Virus record (IMG/VR): IMGVR_UViG_3300032024_000059
Coordinates: 1 to 47,426 of that record
DNA: 47,426 nt
Source: a virus
Lineage: Duplodnaviria; Caudoviricetes
Reading direction: 5' to 3' (one strand)
The notes under the pieces are model-generated. The model searched no databases. It had not been told where the DNA came from and saw only the letters and a list, made by a program, of their open reading frames with translations. This document shows, piece by piece, positions 7,259 to 17,307 of the stretch (positions are counted from its first letter, which is position 1; each line of letters opens with the position of its first letter). The position numbers were made by a program, and so were the translations under genes.

Positions 7259-9205
7259 TCAGAGAGCGTTCAGCATGGACTGATTGTACGGGACATCCAC
7301 GAAGCACATCCCGTTGAGCTCAACCTCAAACAAGTCGCCTTCAAGGTTGTTGGTGATGGCGCGCGAGCTGGTCAGGTTCCCACGCAAGTTGAGCGTGCCC
7401 CAATAGGAAGCGTCCACGTACTCCGGCCCATACCAGACGGACTCGTGGTCCTCACGGTTGGCGTTCCCACGGATAGGCCACTGCCCAATCATGGTGGACC
7501 CCGAGTACAGGCGGAGGTTGCCGTTGTTGACGAAGCCCTCCTCCTCGATGAGGGGACCCTGCGTCCCCTGGTCGAACGCTGCCATGTTGTACGGACGGCA
7601 CCGCTTCCCACGACACCACCCCTTGACCTGAGCGCCGGACGGAACGGCGAGGAGAGCGGGAGGGGAGTAGTGGACAATGCCCACCCGCTTCCCGTGCGTC
7701 TCCTGAGCGAGGTCAGCGGGCGCGGGCCACGTGGTCATGGTGGTCCACCCCACGAGCGCGTTCCCGTACGGGAAGTAGCCTCGCCCATCTCTGTCGTTGG
7801 GGTCGGTGTTGCCGTGTGAGTCAGCAACCGTGGTCTGCGCCATGACCGTGATGTTCTTCATCTGGCCAAGGTAGTAGTTGGCGCCTGACCCACGGGTCCA
7901 GTCACCCGGCATGTACTCATCGGCGAACGTCAGGTCCAACCCCACTCGCTTGTACGTACGGTGGCGCCAGTCCTGTACGAGGGTCTTGGTCCGGTTCATC
8001 GCAAGCCACAGGATGTTGGCGGCGAGTTCCCGCATGGTCTCCCGGGTGACCTCCTTGTTGGCGCCGAGACCCGCCTCATCGATGGGCACGAAGTTGGCAG
8101 GCGTCGCCGTACCGGAGGGCATGGTGATGGTCTGCGAATACTCCCACGCGAACACGCCGTCCACGATGGTCCCCCAGTTGCCGGACTCAGCGGTGGACTT
8201 CGCCTCCACAGTGATGATGACTTCGGCACCGGGAGTCAGGCCGGCGATGGACGCCCACGTCTGCGTGGACTTCCCGGCAGCCAGAGCAGCGAAGGTCTCC
8301 TTGACCACGCCACCCACGAGGACACGGACCTCGTTCCCTGCTCCACCATGAGTGCAGAAGGTGTCGAACCTGCCACGGATGGTGTCACACTGGGGGCCGA
8401 GCGTGACCTTGTACCTGCCCACCTCAACGAACACGTTGGTGTTGTTGTGCGTGTCCCCGAAGTACCCGCCGATGATTTGCGGGGGACGGTAGGCGTACAG
8501 GTGGAGGAGGTTCTTGGCGAGCGTGCGGAGGAGCGCCGTGGTCATCGGCGGGTTAGTCCAATTGGTCCCGTCCACGTAATCGAAGCACACAGGCTGGAAG
8601 GTGGTGGGGACGGTGTCACCTGAGAGCAGGTTCGCTGCCGACCCTTCCCCGTACCTCGCGCAGAAAGAGAGCAGGGCGTCACTGTCCGTACCACTCACAA
8701 GCGTGGGGTCAATCCACACCTTGAGCTGGTACACCTTGTCCTGCGGGATGGAAATCTCCTGCTTCCAATCGTTGTTCCCGCCAGCGGCATAGGTCCACGC
8801 CTTGACGAGGCCGGTGTAGTTGTCCTGCAGGTCATAGACGGCGACCACGAGCTTGCCCACCATGGTCCCCGAGGACTGGACGAGGAAGCTCCTGCCGGTC
8901 ATCTCAAGCACACCGTTGGGTCCCCAGTTGGGCGGGACGATGAACGAGGCGAGGAGTTTGGCGGTGACGCTCCCATCCGGGGGGAGGTCGGTGAGCAGGT
9001 TGACGGACGGGTCAGTCACGCCGTAAGTCAGCTTGTTCCCGTGTCCCTCGTACCCGGTGAACCCGTAGTAGCGGACCATGTTCGCCCACAGCCAGTTACA
9101 TGCCGCAGCAAGGTAGCGAACCTTGGTGGCGCGGTTGGTCTTGTAGGAGTTGAAGTCAGCCAGCCGGAAGACAGGGAACGAGGTGGGCAGTGTGCGGATG
9201 GTCAT
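7259..9205 (-). CDS. tail tip / receptor-binding protein
   Basis: 648 aa, beta-rich, last gene of the tail block, three internally repeated module starts. Confidence 0.6.
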   Translation of the reverse strand: MTIRTLPTSFPVFRLADFNSYKTNRATKVRYLAAACNWLWANMVRYYGFTGYEGHGNKLTYGVTDPSVNLLTDLPPDGSVTAKLLASFIVPPNWGPNGVLEMTGRSFLVQSSGTMVGKLVVAVYDLQDNYTGLVKAWTYAAGGNNDWKQEISIPQDKVYQLKVWIDPTLVSGTDSDALLSFCARYGEGSAANLLSGDTVPTTFQPVCFDYVDGTNWTNPPMTTALLRTLAKNLLHLYAYRPPQIIGGYFGDTHNNTNVFVEVGRYKVTLGPQCDTIRGRFDTFCTHGGAGNEVRVLVGGVVKETFAALAAGKSTQTWASIAGLTPGAEVIITVEAKSTAESGNWGTIVDGVFAWEYSQTITMPSGTATPANFVPIDEAGLGANKEVTRETMRELAANILWLAMNRTKTLVQDWRHRTYKRVGLDLTFADEYMPGDWTRGSGANYYLGQMKNITVMAQTTVADSHGNTDPNDRDGRGYFPYGNALVGWTTMTTWPAPADLAQETHGKRVGIVHYSPPALLAVPSGAQVKGWCRGKRCRPYNMAAFDQGTQGPLIEEEGFVNNGNLRLYSGSTMIGQWPIRGNANREDHESVWYGPEYVDASYWGTLNLRGNLTSSRAITNNLEGDLFEVELNGMCFVDVPYNQSMLNAL

Positions 9206-11664
9206 GGGAAGTACCTGAAAGCGGGGCGAGCACCGAAGGCGTCAAGCACGAGGTCCGAGTCCACGAGGAACACGAAGTAGCGGTTGATGAGAGCAGTGGC
9301 ACCATCAGCGTTGTCATGGATGGGCATGACGTAGTCGCCGATTGAGAACCACCCCGGGAAGCTCGTGGTGATTTCAACCCACGGGTCAGGGTAGCCGCCC
9401 GAAGGAACCGAGTCGTGTGAGGCGTGCGTGACCTGAGCGGTATTGGCGAAGTCCTTGGACACCAGCAGGAGTTGGTCAGTGTATTGGAGGTAGTCCGCCA
9501 GCCAGTCGTACTGATTGCCGTCGATGTCCACAAGAATCTGGTCATTCTGTGCCACGCCGGTAGCGTGGATGGCATCGGTGAAGGCGTTGGTCTGGACGAG
9601 CATCGTTGGGTCGTAGCTGATGTCCATCACTTGGAGGGCAGGGCACACGTACCCGAAGTCACCCACGCCAAAGCCACAGTCTTGGAGCGTGACCTCCACC
9701 GTCTTGGACGCTTCGTTCACAGTCTTGCGGAGGACCCGCATGGTCTGGAGTGACACACCACGGAGGCCGTCTTGGATGCGCGGGATGTTCGCCTGCGACA
9801 GGTGGACGAGGTCACCCGGCTCGATGTCCAACCAATCGTACCGGAGGCGGAGGTTGATGATGGGAGGCGGGAGAGTGAACCCCTGCTTGAAGAACTCCAA
9901 CCGCTCAGCGAGCACGAGCTCAACGTTGGGAGTCCCTCCCAGCGGAGGACGCCCCGGGATGGGGGTCGGTCCCTTTGAGTACAACTGGGGAAGCTCGTAC
10001 GTGAGGCGCCGTCCACGGCCCTGAGCGTACGCCTTGCCGAGTCCGTTGATGAACACGGAGTGGCTTGTCCACTTCCCAAACTGCACATCCCGGTTGTAAT
10101 AGAACTCCACCTCCTGCACGAGGCCGAGGAGGTTGGCGTCCCACCCGAGCTTGGACTTGCTGATGATGGCGGTGTTGTCGATGTCCCGGGTGGTCTGGTC
10201 TGGGAGGGGAGGTTGGAGCCTGCGAACGGTCCAGAGGTCGCCGATGAGCGTGACTCCGTAGAACCCGAACGGAGCGAGACACTGCTTGGCGAACTCGGTG
10301 AACTTGACAGGCTTGTCCCAATACCCGTTGAGCACGAGGTCCGGGGTCTCGTTCGCCAGCGCCATGATTCCCTGCACGTCAATCCTGTCATACGGGATGC
10401 CGAGTCCCCACGATGCTGGGAGCACGTCGTAGTTCCGTCCGCCGTCGTAGTTGGTCCCATTGCCGGTGCTCAGGAGGATGCACAGGAGGGCGATGAGCGG
10501 GTGGTCACCAGCGGCCTGACTGACGGTGTTCGGGGCGGAGGTGAACTTGGTCTGCGCGTGTTCCCACAGGACGGAGGACCCCACGTACCGAGCACAGAAC
10601 GCCACCTCCTGCATCTGGAATCCCTCGCGGTGTTCCTCGGGAGGGGTCCCCATGAGCGCACGTGCCACCATCTTGAGGGACGAGGGCAGGGTGGTCAGGG
10701 CGGACTGGAACATGATGAGTTCCTTGTCCACCCTGAACATGTAGTACGCCCCGTTGACGAAGTGGGACGTGCCCCCCTCATCGAGCTGGGTGATGTCCCC
10801 TCCGTACAGACGGTCACACGTGGAGGGGAGGGTAGCACCGGGGTCGCCCGGGAACCTGATGCCAGCCTTGGTGTAGTCGGTCCCCACGATGCCGCGGTTG
10901 CCGTCATCGCGGATGGTGCGGAGGTCCCGGAAGATGTCGCGAGTGAGCTCCTTCTCCAATGACAGGCAGGTCAGCTTGTACGTGGTGAGGTCTTCGTCCA
11001 GCGTGAGGTTCTCAACCGTCCCCGAGAACCGCAACACCTTGTCAGCGTCCGTGGGGGCAGTTCCACCCACGGCTTGAACGCACTGATAGTACCAGACCCG
11101 GCGACCGTACATGGCGTAGGGCTTGTGGCTGATGATGGACCCCGCCACCCACGCCTGTGCCTTGGAGCGGTACTTCCCACGAGTGCATCCAGTGAACTCC
11201 TTGGTGCCTGTGTTGTGGGCGGTGTACGTGATGGTCTCATTGCCGATGTAGATGGTCCCGCCACCGAGCGGGAACGCCGTGGTGTCAGCCGCCACACCCG
11301 TGTACTTGATGGTCACGGACGCGGCGGTGATGACGCCATCCATCTCGCGCGTGTACGTATTGTCCCACGCACCCGCCCACAACGTCTGCTCACCCTCCAC
11401 GTCCACGATGGCGAACTCAGTCTGACCCATCACCTTGGCCATGCCATCGAGGACATCCAACTGAGCATCAAAGGAGTCCGGCGTGCCCTCGAAGTACGGC
11501 TTGATGGTGAGGAACCGGAGGAGGGCAGTACGTGCCGTGAACCACCCAGCATCCTTGGACCACGACCCGAAGGCGTTGGGCAGACCTTCAATCTCCAGCC
11601 AGCGGTTGACTGTGAAATGGTCCTTGTTGCGGATGGTGTCGGTGAACTGCGTTGGCAGGGTCAT
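9202..11664 (-). CDS. large tail protein (hub/central tip)
   Basis: about 820 aa, two genes after the tape measure; C-terminal LEPGDLV-type (DIEPGDLVHL) hub motif; ATGA coupling. Confidence 0.7.
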   Translation of the reverse strand: MTLPTQFTDTIRNKDHFTVNRWLEIEGLPNAFGSWSKDAGWFTARTALLRFLTIKPYFEGTPDSFDAQLDVLDGMAKVMGQTEFAIVDVEGEQTLWAGAWDNTYTREMDGVITAASVTIKYTGVAADTTAFPLGGGTIYIGNETITYTAHNTGTKEFTGCTRGKYRSKAQAWVAGSIISHKPYAMYGRRVWYYQCVQAVGGTAPTDADKVLRFSGTVENLTLDEDLTTYKLTCLSLEKELTRDIFRDLRTIRDDGNRGIVGTDYTKAGIRFPGDPGATLPSTCDRLYGGDITQLDEGGTSHFVNGAYYMFRVDKELIMFQSALTTLPSSLKMVARALMGTPPEEHREGFQMQEVAFCARYVGSSVLWEHAQTKFTSAPNTVSQAAGDHPLIALLCILLSTGNGTNYDGGRNYDVLPASWGLGIPYDRIDVQGIMALANETPDLVLNGYWDKPVKFTEFAKQCLAPFGFYGVTLIGDLWTVRRLQPPLPDQTTRDIDNTAIISKSKLGWDANLLGLVQEVEFYYNRDVQFGKWTSHSVFINGLGKAYAQGRGRRLTYELPQLYSKGPTPIPGRPPLGGTPNVELVLAERLEFFKQGFTLPPPIINLRLRYDWLDIEPGDLVHLSQANIPRIQDGLRGVSLQTMRVLRKTVNEASKTVEVTLQDCGFGVGDFGYVCPALQVMDISYDPTMLVQTNAFTDAIHATGVAQNDQILVDIDGNQYDWLADYLQYTDQLLLVSKDFANTAQVTHASHDSVPSGGYPDPWVEITTSFPGWFSIGDYVMPIHDNADGATALINRYFVFLVDSDLVLDAFGARPAFRYFP

Positions 11665-12413
11665 ACGTACGCCCTCAGTCTCCAAGGCCCGATGCGATAG
11701 ACCTCCTTGCCGATGTACATCCGCTCAGGCTTGAACCCCTCCTCAATCACCGAGCCGTCAAGGAAGTAGTCCGCATAGGTCCCCTCGGTGGCGCCGTCCG
11801 GCCAGTACCGGAAGCGACCACGACCGTAGCGCCACCACCGCTCCATCGCTCGGTTGACGTAGGTGGTCGAGCCTTCATCCGCCATGAAGACCCACTCCTT
11901 GTCAAGGAAGTGGAACTCCAGCTCACGCACGGTGAGGGTGGTCTCTTGGATGGACTTGCTGTTCCCGTTCACGCTGATGGTGGTGACGGAGTTGGGCTCC
12001 TCGAACATGTTGCGGGTGTCCTTCTTCACCGCCGTGTGAGGATACCACCCGTTTTTGTGCTGGTACGGAGCGGTCACCACATCAGCCGTGGAGGCGTAGT
12101 CAACCGCGAAGAACCCAAGCTCCGTGTACGGGTTGTTCGCTGCGGTGAACTTGATGGTGAAGTCCGTGCCGTTAGAGGAGGAGAAGAAGACCAACCCGGT
12201 TGAGTCATCGAGCGTGAGGAACCACGGGTCCGCCACGGCAGACACCGCGTCCATCGCAGACTTGATGGCGGCGAGGAGGGTGTCCATGGAGTAGTACGTG
12301 GCGCTGGCGATGGTGCCAATCCGGTCAGCCACATCCCCAGCCTCACGGAAGTTCAGCTTGTTGTTGGTCGCATCGATGGTCAGCGGCCAGAAGACCTTGG
12401 GCTTCACGGTCAT
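11661..12413 (-). CDS. distal tail-like protein
   Basis: immediately follows the tape measure gene. Confidence 0.55.
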   Translation of the reverse strand: MTVKPKVFWPLTIDATNNKLNFREAGDVADRIGTIASATYYSMDTLLAAIKSAMDAVSAVADPWFLTLDDSTGLVFFSSSNGTDFTIKFTAANNPYTELGFFAVDYASTADVVTAPYQHKNGWYPHTAVKKDTRNMFEEPNSVTTISVNGNSKSIQETTLTVRELEFHFLDKEWVFMADEGSTTYVNRAMERWWRYGRGRFRYWPDGATEGTYADYFLDGSVIEEGFKPERMYIGKEVYRIGPWRLRAYV

Positions 12414-12416
12414 GGG

Positions 12417-14492
12417 TCAGGCTCCAGTCTGGAGTTGGGCGTGCTTGCGACGGAGGCGGTCAAGTTCCGCCGCCTGTCCCACGTCAGTCATCCCTGAGAT
12501 GCCGAAGTAGTAGACGTATTGGTTGACGCCGGGTCCGGTCTTCGCATCGGTGGTCTGGGAGGCTCGCTCTTTCTTCTCAGCGTCCCGCTTCTCCAGAGAC
12601 TTGATGGAGTCCTTCTCCTCGCGAGTCATCCCACGAGAGCCGGAGATACCCGCTGCCGCGGCACCTGTGGCGACGGCGACCGCAGCGAAGGCACCCGCTG
12701 CCACACCGTGTTGAGCAGCACCAGGGTAGTCGTACTTGGCAAGCGAGGCGATGGCCTCAGCGGCCTCCATGATGGCACGGACCCCGGCCTCCTTAGCGAT
12801 GGAGGCGAGGAACTCAGCGAGACGCTTCTGCTCAGCGGCCTTCGCCTCTGCCTTGAGTTCCTTCTCGGCATCGGCGGAAGTGTACTTGGCATCCGTGAGG
12901 GCGTTGACCTTGTCAATCTCCTCGTCCGTGAGTGCTCGCTTGAGCTCGTGGCTGAGCTTGTCCTGCTCCTCTTCCTGCTTGTCGATGACCCGGCGCTCAA
13001 CTGACGCTGCGAAGTAAGCGTCATTGTACGCCTTGTTCTGAGTCAGCTGCTCTGCGATGAGGTTGCCAACGAAGTCGAGCGCCTGCTTGGCGTACCCGGC
13101 GAGCTCGTTGAGGAGGTCCGCGTAGAACTCCTTCTCCCGCTCGCGGGCCTTGTCCTGCATCGCCATCCGCTTGTTCTCGGCCTCGACGGCCAGCGAATGT
13201 TCCCACTCGTACTTGGCAGCTTGAGCGGCCCGGTACTCGTTGACCTCCTCCTCATTCAGGTCGCCGAGCTTCGCAATCTTCTCGCGGGTGGCCGTGAGTG
13301 CCTTCGCTTCGTCGAGCTTCTCCGCATGTTCGAGGTTGGAGGCGCTCGTGGCGAACAGCGTCTCTTTCTCATCGAGGTACTTCTTGTTCTCCGCAATCGC
13401 CTTCTTCTGGGCGGCCTTCTGGGCGGCCTTCTCCTCGTCCGTCATGACGTGGACGGGAGTGCGGATGGTGCCTGCGGTCTTGAGGTCGTTGAGCCACTTC
13501 GGTTGGAGGTCCTTCTCCAGAGCAGCCAACCGCTTCGCGGCCTCCTTGAAGGGGAGGACCACTTGGTCCTCGATGGCGGGACCCCACGTCTTGTACATCG
13601 TGACCTTGCCCGAAAGGTGCTGGCGGAGTTGGTCTGCCTCCACCATCTGCTGCGCCTTGAGCTTCTCGGGGGACGTGTCCTCCAGCTTGTTCTGAGCGGT
13701 CGAGTTGGTCAGACGGTGAAGCGTCCACCCAAGGGTGTCAATGACTGACGCCACCTTGTCCATGGCGCCGGCAGTGTTGACGGCGTTCGACACCACCCCG
13801 CCGAGCGTTTCCTTGAAGGTCTCCCACGCTCCCTTGAGGTTGTTGACGGACTTGACCTGCTCAGGAATCTCGGTGTGCAACCCGCCGAACCTCTGCTCCA
13901 CCTGAGCGAGGACGGCCTTGAACCCCTGTGCTTGGAAGGTGGTCTCATCCACCGCAATGCCATACTTCTTGAGCTCATCCTTCCCCTCCGCATGAGCGCG
14001 CGCGAGGAGCTTCGCTGCCATCGTGGCGTCCTGACCAGTCGCCGCGGCGAGGTCAAGGGCAGCACGAGTGAAGCGATTGAGTTGTTCGGGTGCCACACCG
14101 AACGTGGTCAGGAGCGTCTGGAGTCCGGCGTAGTATTCGTCATCCACCCCGGTGAGTCGCTCGAAGGCAGAGGCAGACTCCGCCAAGCGGTTGTTCCACT
14201 TCTCCACGTCCATCGTGACGGACTTGAGGGCGCGCGCCCGTCGCATGTCCGCCTGCTCTGCCTCGTGGTAGGCGGTGACGGAGTTCTTGAGAAGCTCCGC
14301 ACTCGCGGAGATTCCCGCCGACAGAGCAGACAGTGCCGCGGTCCCGGCTGCCCACGCGGCACCAATGGCGAGCATCTTGAGCTTGCCATCTTCAGCGGTG
14401 GCGCTGAACTCCAGCTGACCCATCGCCAGCTTCTTGAGTTGGTCAATGGCGTTAGAAGCATCGAGCTCGTAAACGTCACGTTCTGTCGTCAT
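12417..14492 (-). CDS. tape measure protein
   Basis: Ala-rich helical 691 aa; ALDLAAATGQD...ELKKYGI...F motif; follows the tail chaperones. Confidence 0.88.
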   Translation of the reverse strand: MTTERDVYELDASNAIDQLKKLAMGQLEFSATAEDGKLKMLAIGAAWAAGTAALSALSAGISASAELLKNSVTAYHEAEQADMRRARALKSVTMDVEKWNNRLAESASAFERLTGVDDEYYAGLQTLLTTFGVAPEQLNRFTRAALDLAAATGQDATMAAKLLARAHAEGKDELKKYGIAVDETTFQAQGFKAVLAQVEQRFGGLHTEIPEQVKSVNNLKGAWETFKETLGGVVSNAVNTAGAMDKVASVIDTLGWTLHRLTNSTAQNKLEDTSPEKLKAQQMVEADQLRQHLSGKVTMYKTWGPAIEDQVVLPFKEAAKRLAALEKDLQPKWLNDLKTAGTIRTPVHVMTDEEKAAQKAAQKKAIAENKKYLDEKETLFATSASNLEHAEKLDEAKALTATREKIAKLGDLNEEEVNEYRAAQAAKYEWEHSLAVEAENKRMAMQDKAREREKEFYADLLNELAGYAKQALDFVGNLIAEQLTQNKAYNDAYFAASVERRVIDKQEEEQDKLSHELKRALTDEEIDKVNALTDAKYTSADAEKELKAEAKAAEQKRLAEFLASIAKEAGVRAIMEAAEAIASLAKYDYPGAAQHGVAAGAFAAVAVATGAAAAGISGSRGMTREEKDSIKSLEKRDAEKKERASQTTDAKTGPGVNQYVYYFGISGMTDVGQAAELDRLRRKHAQLQTGA

Positions 14493-14800
14493 CTTCCGCC
14501 TCCCTCAACAAAGCTTCACAGTACAGCAGGCCGTGGTACAGCTTGCCCGGCAACTTCACCACCTCCAAGGGGAGGGTCCTTCGCAGGGTCCCCATCCGAG
14601 CGAGACCGGCCACGTACTCCTCCCGCTCCCCGTACTGCGCTACGGGGCAGGTCTTGAACTCGAACCCGGCGAACGCTGCGACCACCCGCGGGAGTTCTTC
14701 GGTACACCCACTCAGCTTTGCGAGGCGGGTGACTCGGGTGCAGTCTCCGCAGTTGAACTTCCGCCTGTCTGTGAAGAGGCAGGCGGCGAGTCTTTTTTTT
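14476..14800 (-). CDS. tail assembly chaperone, -1 frameshift extension (GT)
   Basis: -1 frame is open from the A8 run to the stop at 14476: RLAACLFTDRRKFNCGDC...GC...KTCPVAQY. Confidence 0.75.
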
Positions 14801-15233
14801 CGGACTCCTCCAACGTGTGGAGCTTTCGGCAGGCGTACCAGACCTGCTCAAGGAGGCCGGGCAGGAGGGAGTACCACTTCATGGTCTCGGGCGAGACCAC
14901 CCCGTCCTTCGCCACGTACGGGACTGGGGACCTGTCCTTCTTGAGCAGCCCCCTGTGTCCACGGATGCACAGCTTGGAGACCGCCTCCCAGACGTGGAAC
15001 GAGTCTTCCCGGAACTGGATGTCCATCGCCATTTCCATGGGGACTGCCATCTCGTTCTCGTTCTCCGGTCCCACTTTGGCGATGGCTCGCCGCTGTGCGT
15101 CACGGTAGACGGCGCCGTAACGGTGGTTCATCCGCTCCCACGTACCTGCGTCGAGAACACCCACGGTGAACGTCGCCCCTCGCAGAGCGACCCCCACCGT
15201 GGCATCTGGGTCAATTCCAATCAGCGGTTCCAC
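14712..15233 (-). CDS. tail assembly chaperone (G)
   Basis: AAAGGAG RBS + GTG 15233; lies between tail tube and tape measure; slippery GAA AAA AAA G near its end. Confidence 0.8.
   Translation of the reverse strand: MEPLIGIDPDATVGVALRGATFTVGVLDAGTWERMNHRYGAVYRDAQRRAIAKVGPENENEMAVPMEMAMDIQFREDSFHVWEAVSKLCIRGHRGLLKKDRSPVPYVAKDGVVSPETMKWYSLLPGLLEQVWYACRKLHTLEESEKKDSPPASSQTGGSSTAETAPESPASQS
14792..14801 (-). other. programmed -1 ribosomal frameshift site
   Basis: G AAAAAAAA G (A8; contains A AAA AAG) in a GC-rich genome at the canonical G/GT position. Confidence 0.8.
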
Positions 15234-15243
15234 GGTGCTCCTT

Positions 15244-16383
15244 TCAGAACTGGCAGAAGGTGAAGTCCACGGCGGTGCCGTTGTTGCGCGCGGCCCACCC
15301 GATGGACTCGCCCACGAGACCGTTGCGGTTCTCGAACGTGGGGGCCATGTACTGCGCGCGGGGAACGTAGAAGCCGAACCCCGTGGTGGTGGACCCGACA
15401 GCCACGCACAACTCCACCGCCGTCCCGGCGAGGAACGTGGTGAGCCGGGTGGCACCATAGTACGGGTGAATCACCCCCACGGGAGCAGAGCTCACGATTT
15501 CCACGTCAGCCCTGCCCTGTGTCCCGGCGATGGAGTCTTGGAACACGAGCTCAACGCCGGGGTCCACCTCCAACTCCGCCGTGACCTCCTCCGTCCCATC
15601 GATGGTGACGCTGCCACCCTTGACGCACGGACCCTTCACGGCCGTGATGCCGGTGAGGGTGGTGGCGGGCAGGCTCGCCTTGGTGGTCTCGCTCCAGCGG
15701 TCCACCTCCACGTCCACCTGCATGAGGGCAGTGCCGCGGGCGGTCACACCCGAGACCTTGAACTTCGCCTTCCCGCCAAGGAAGGTGTACTCAATGCCGT
15801 CCCGCTTCGCGACGAACGCCAGGGACTTCTGCGCCGTGTTCGAGCGGTAGAACATCGAGGACGCCGTCAGCACCGTGGCGGCAGCGGGGGTGGAGGAGAG
15901 CGCCTTGTTGAGCACCACCGTGGACCCGATGATTTGCTTCACGAAGCGGGTCTCGCCCGAGACGGAGACCATCATCCCCACCGCGACACCGGCCACGGAG
16001 GTGAGGGTCAGGGGCGTGCCCACCGAACCGTCCCCCGTTCCCGTGCAGGTGGTGCCGGTCCCACGAGTGACCGCACCCAGCACGGCCTCGATGATGGGGC
16101 TGGACTCGCTGGCGATGGCGGCGACCGCAGACACGGCAGCGGTCCCGCTCGCCTTCATCTCCAGCGGGAACGAGAGGGTGCCACCCTGAGCGCCCACCAC
16201 GTGGTCCTGCGTGGTCAGGTCGTTGGTCTGACCCGGCCGTTCGAGAACGTCAGCGTTCGGCTGGAACGTGATGTCTCCAGCGACCTTGAGGAACTTGTAG
16301 TCCGAACCATCGGCGTCCGGGTCGGTGGCGAACGTGGTCTCCTGCGCCATCCAGAGTGCGGCAATCTTGAACTTCTTGGCCAT
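15244..16383 (-). CDS. major tail tube protein
   Basis: 379 aa, T/A/G-rich, AQETTFATDP N-terminus, position upstream of chaperones and TMP. Confidence 0.8.
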   Translation of the reverse strand: MAKKFKIAALWMAQETTFATDPDADGSDYKFLKVAGDITFQPNADVLERPGQTNDLTTQDHVVGAQGGTLSFPLEMKASGTAAVSAVAAIASESSPIIEAVLGAVTRGTGTTCTGTGDGSVGTPLTLTSVAGVAVGMMVSVSGETRFVKQIIGSTVVLNKALSSTPAAATVLTASSMFYRSNTAQKSLAFVAKRDGIEYTFLGGKAKFKVSGVTARGTALMQVDVEVDRWSETTKASLPATTLTGITAVKGPCVKGGSVTIDGTEEVTAELEVDPGVELVFQDSIAGTQGRADVEIVSSAPVGVIHPYYGATRLTTFLAGTAVELCVAVGSTTTGFGFYVPRAQYMAPTFENRNGLVGESIGWAARNNGTAVDFTFCQF

Positions 16384-16385
16384 GG

Positions 16386-16862
16386 TTACTTCCTCCTGAG
16401 TTCAGCGAGAATGCGGCGTGTCCACTTGGCTGCGAAGCCGGGTGGGAGTTTCGTGAAGTCGCGTGCAGGCATCTTACCCTCGCCGGTGATGTGAATCATG
16501 GCGAGTCTGCGGTTGGTTATCTTCCCGTTGTTACCACGGAACCGAATCTTGATGCTATAGATTGCTCCCCGGGAACGCACCTTCACCTCGTGGTACATCG
16601 AAGCGGCCATCGCTCCTGACGCCTTGAGGATTGGATAGACGTGTCCGAACTCCTGCGCCTTCTGAACCTTGTACTTGGGGGAGAGGTCTTTCACCGTGCC
16701 GGGTGTGAAGTTGTCGATGGTGCGGTTGTACTCGTGGATGATTTCGTCCGCCATCTTCACCACGTGACGGCGAAGCGTGTGTCCACGCAGACGCTCAATC
16801 CTGTCGGTCACCTTCTGTTGAAGGCGCTGGAACCCGGCAGTGTTGATGTGGACGTAGGACAT
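16386..16862 (-). CDS. neck/tail completion protein (virion morphogenesis family)
   Basis: LSPKY..QK...ILKASG.M..S and A.IH..G.GKMPARDF motifs. Confidence 0.75.
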   Translation of the reverse strand: MSYVHINTAGFQRLQQKVTDRIERLRGHTLRRHVVKMADEIIHEYNRTIDNFTPGTVKDLSPKYKVQKAQEFGHVYPILKASGAMAASMYHEVKVRSRGAIYSIKIRFRGNNGKITNRRLAMIHITGEGKMPARDFTKLPPGFAAKWTRRILAELRRK

Positions 16863-16863
16863 G

Positions 16864-17307
16864 TCACGTCTCGATGGCTGAGTTGAGCACTACTCGGAAG
16901 AAGAGCTCAGTGACCCACCAATTGGGGTTGCCCTTGTTGGTGATGGCGTCCTCATACCAGACGCCGAGCGTGCCCACGGGGAAGGCGTACGCCTCAAAGA
17001 TGTCGGCGATGCGGTCCACGTCCCGGCTCACGTAGGTCTCTCGCTGGTAGTCCTTCCCGAACGGTCCGTGTCCCAGGCGCACGACCATGTAGAACTGCTC
17101 CTCCTTGATGCCGGTCGTGCCGAAGGCGTGGAGGAGAGTCTTGCGTGTGTTGATGATTTCAAACGCTTCGACCTTCCCAACCGGGGCGGTGTCGAACGGT
17201 TGGTTGGTCTTGTGCTCGATGAACAGACTTGCCGCGTCACGGTTGGTCGCCACGGTCGCCAGCTTCGCGCGAGCGGCGACGCAGATGGCATCCGGGGTGG
17301 TGGTCAT
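16864..17307 (-). CDS. putative tail terminator
   Basis: size and position; ATGA overlap with the upstream gene. Confidence 0.55.
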   Translation of the reverse strand: MTTTPDAICVAARAKLATVATNRDAASLFIEHKTNQPFDTAPVGKVEAFEIINTRKTLLHAFGTTGIKEEQFYMVVRLGHGPFGKDYQRETYVSRDVDRIADIFEAYAFPVGTLGVWYEDAITNKGNPNWWVTELFFRVVLNSAIET

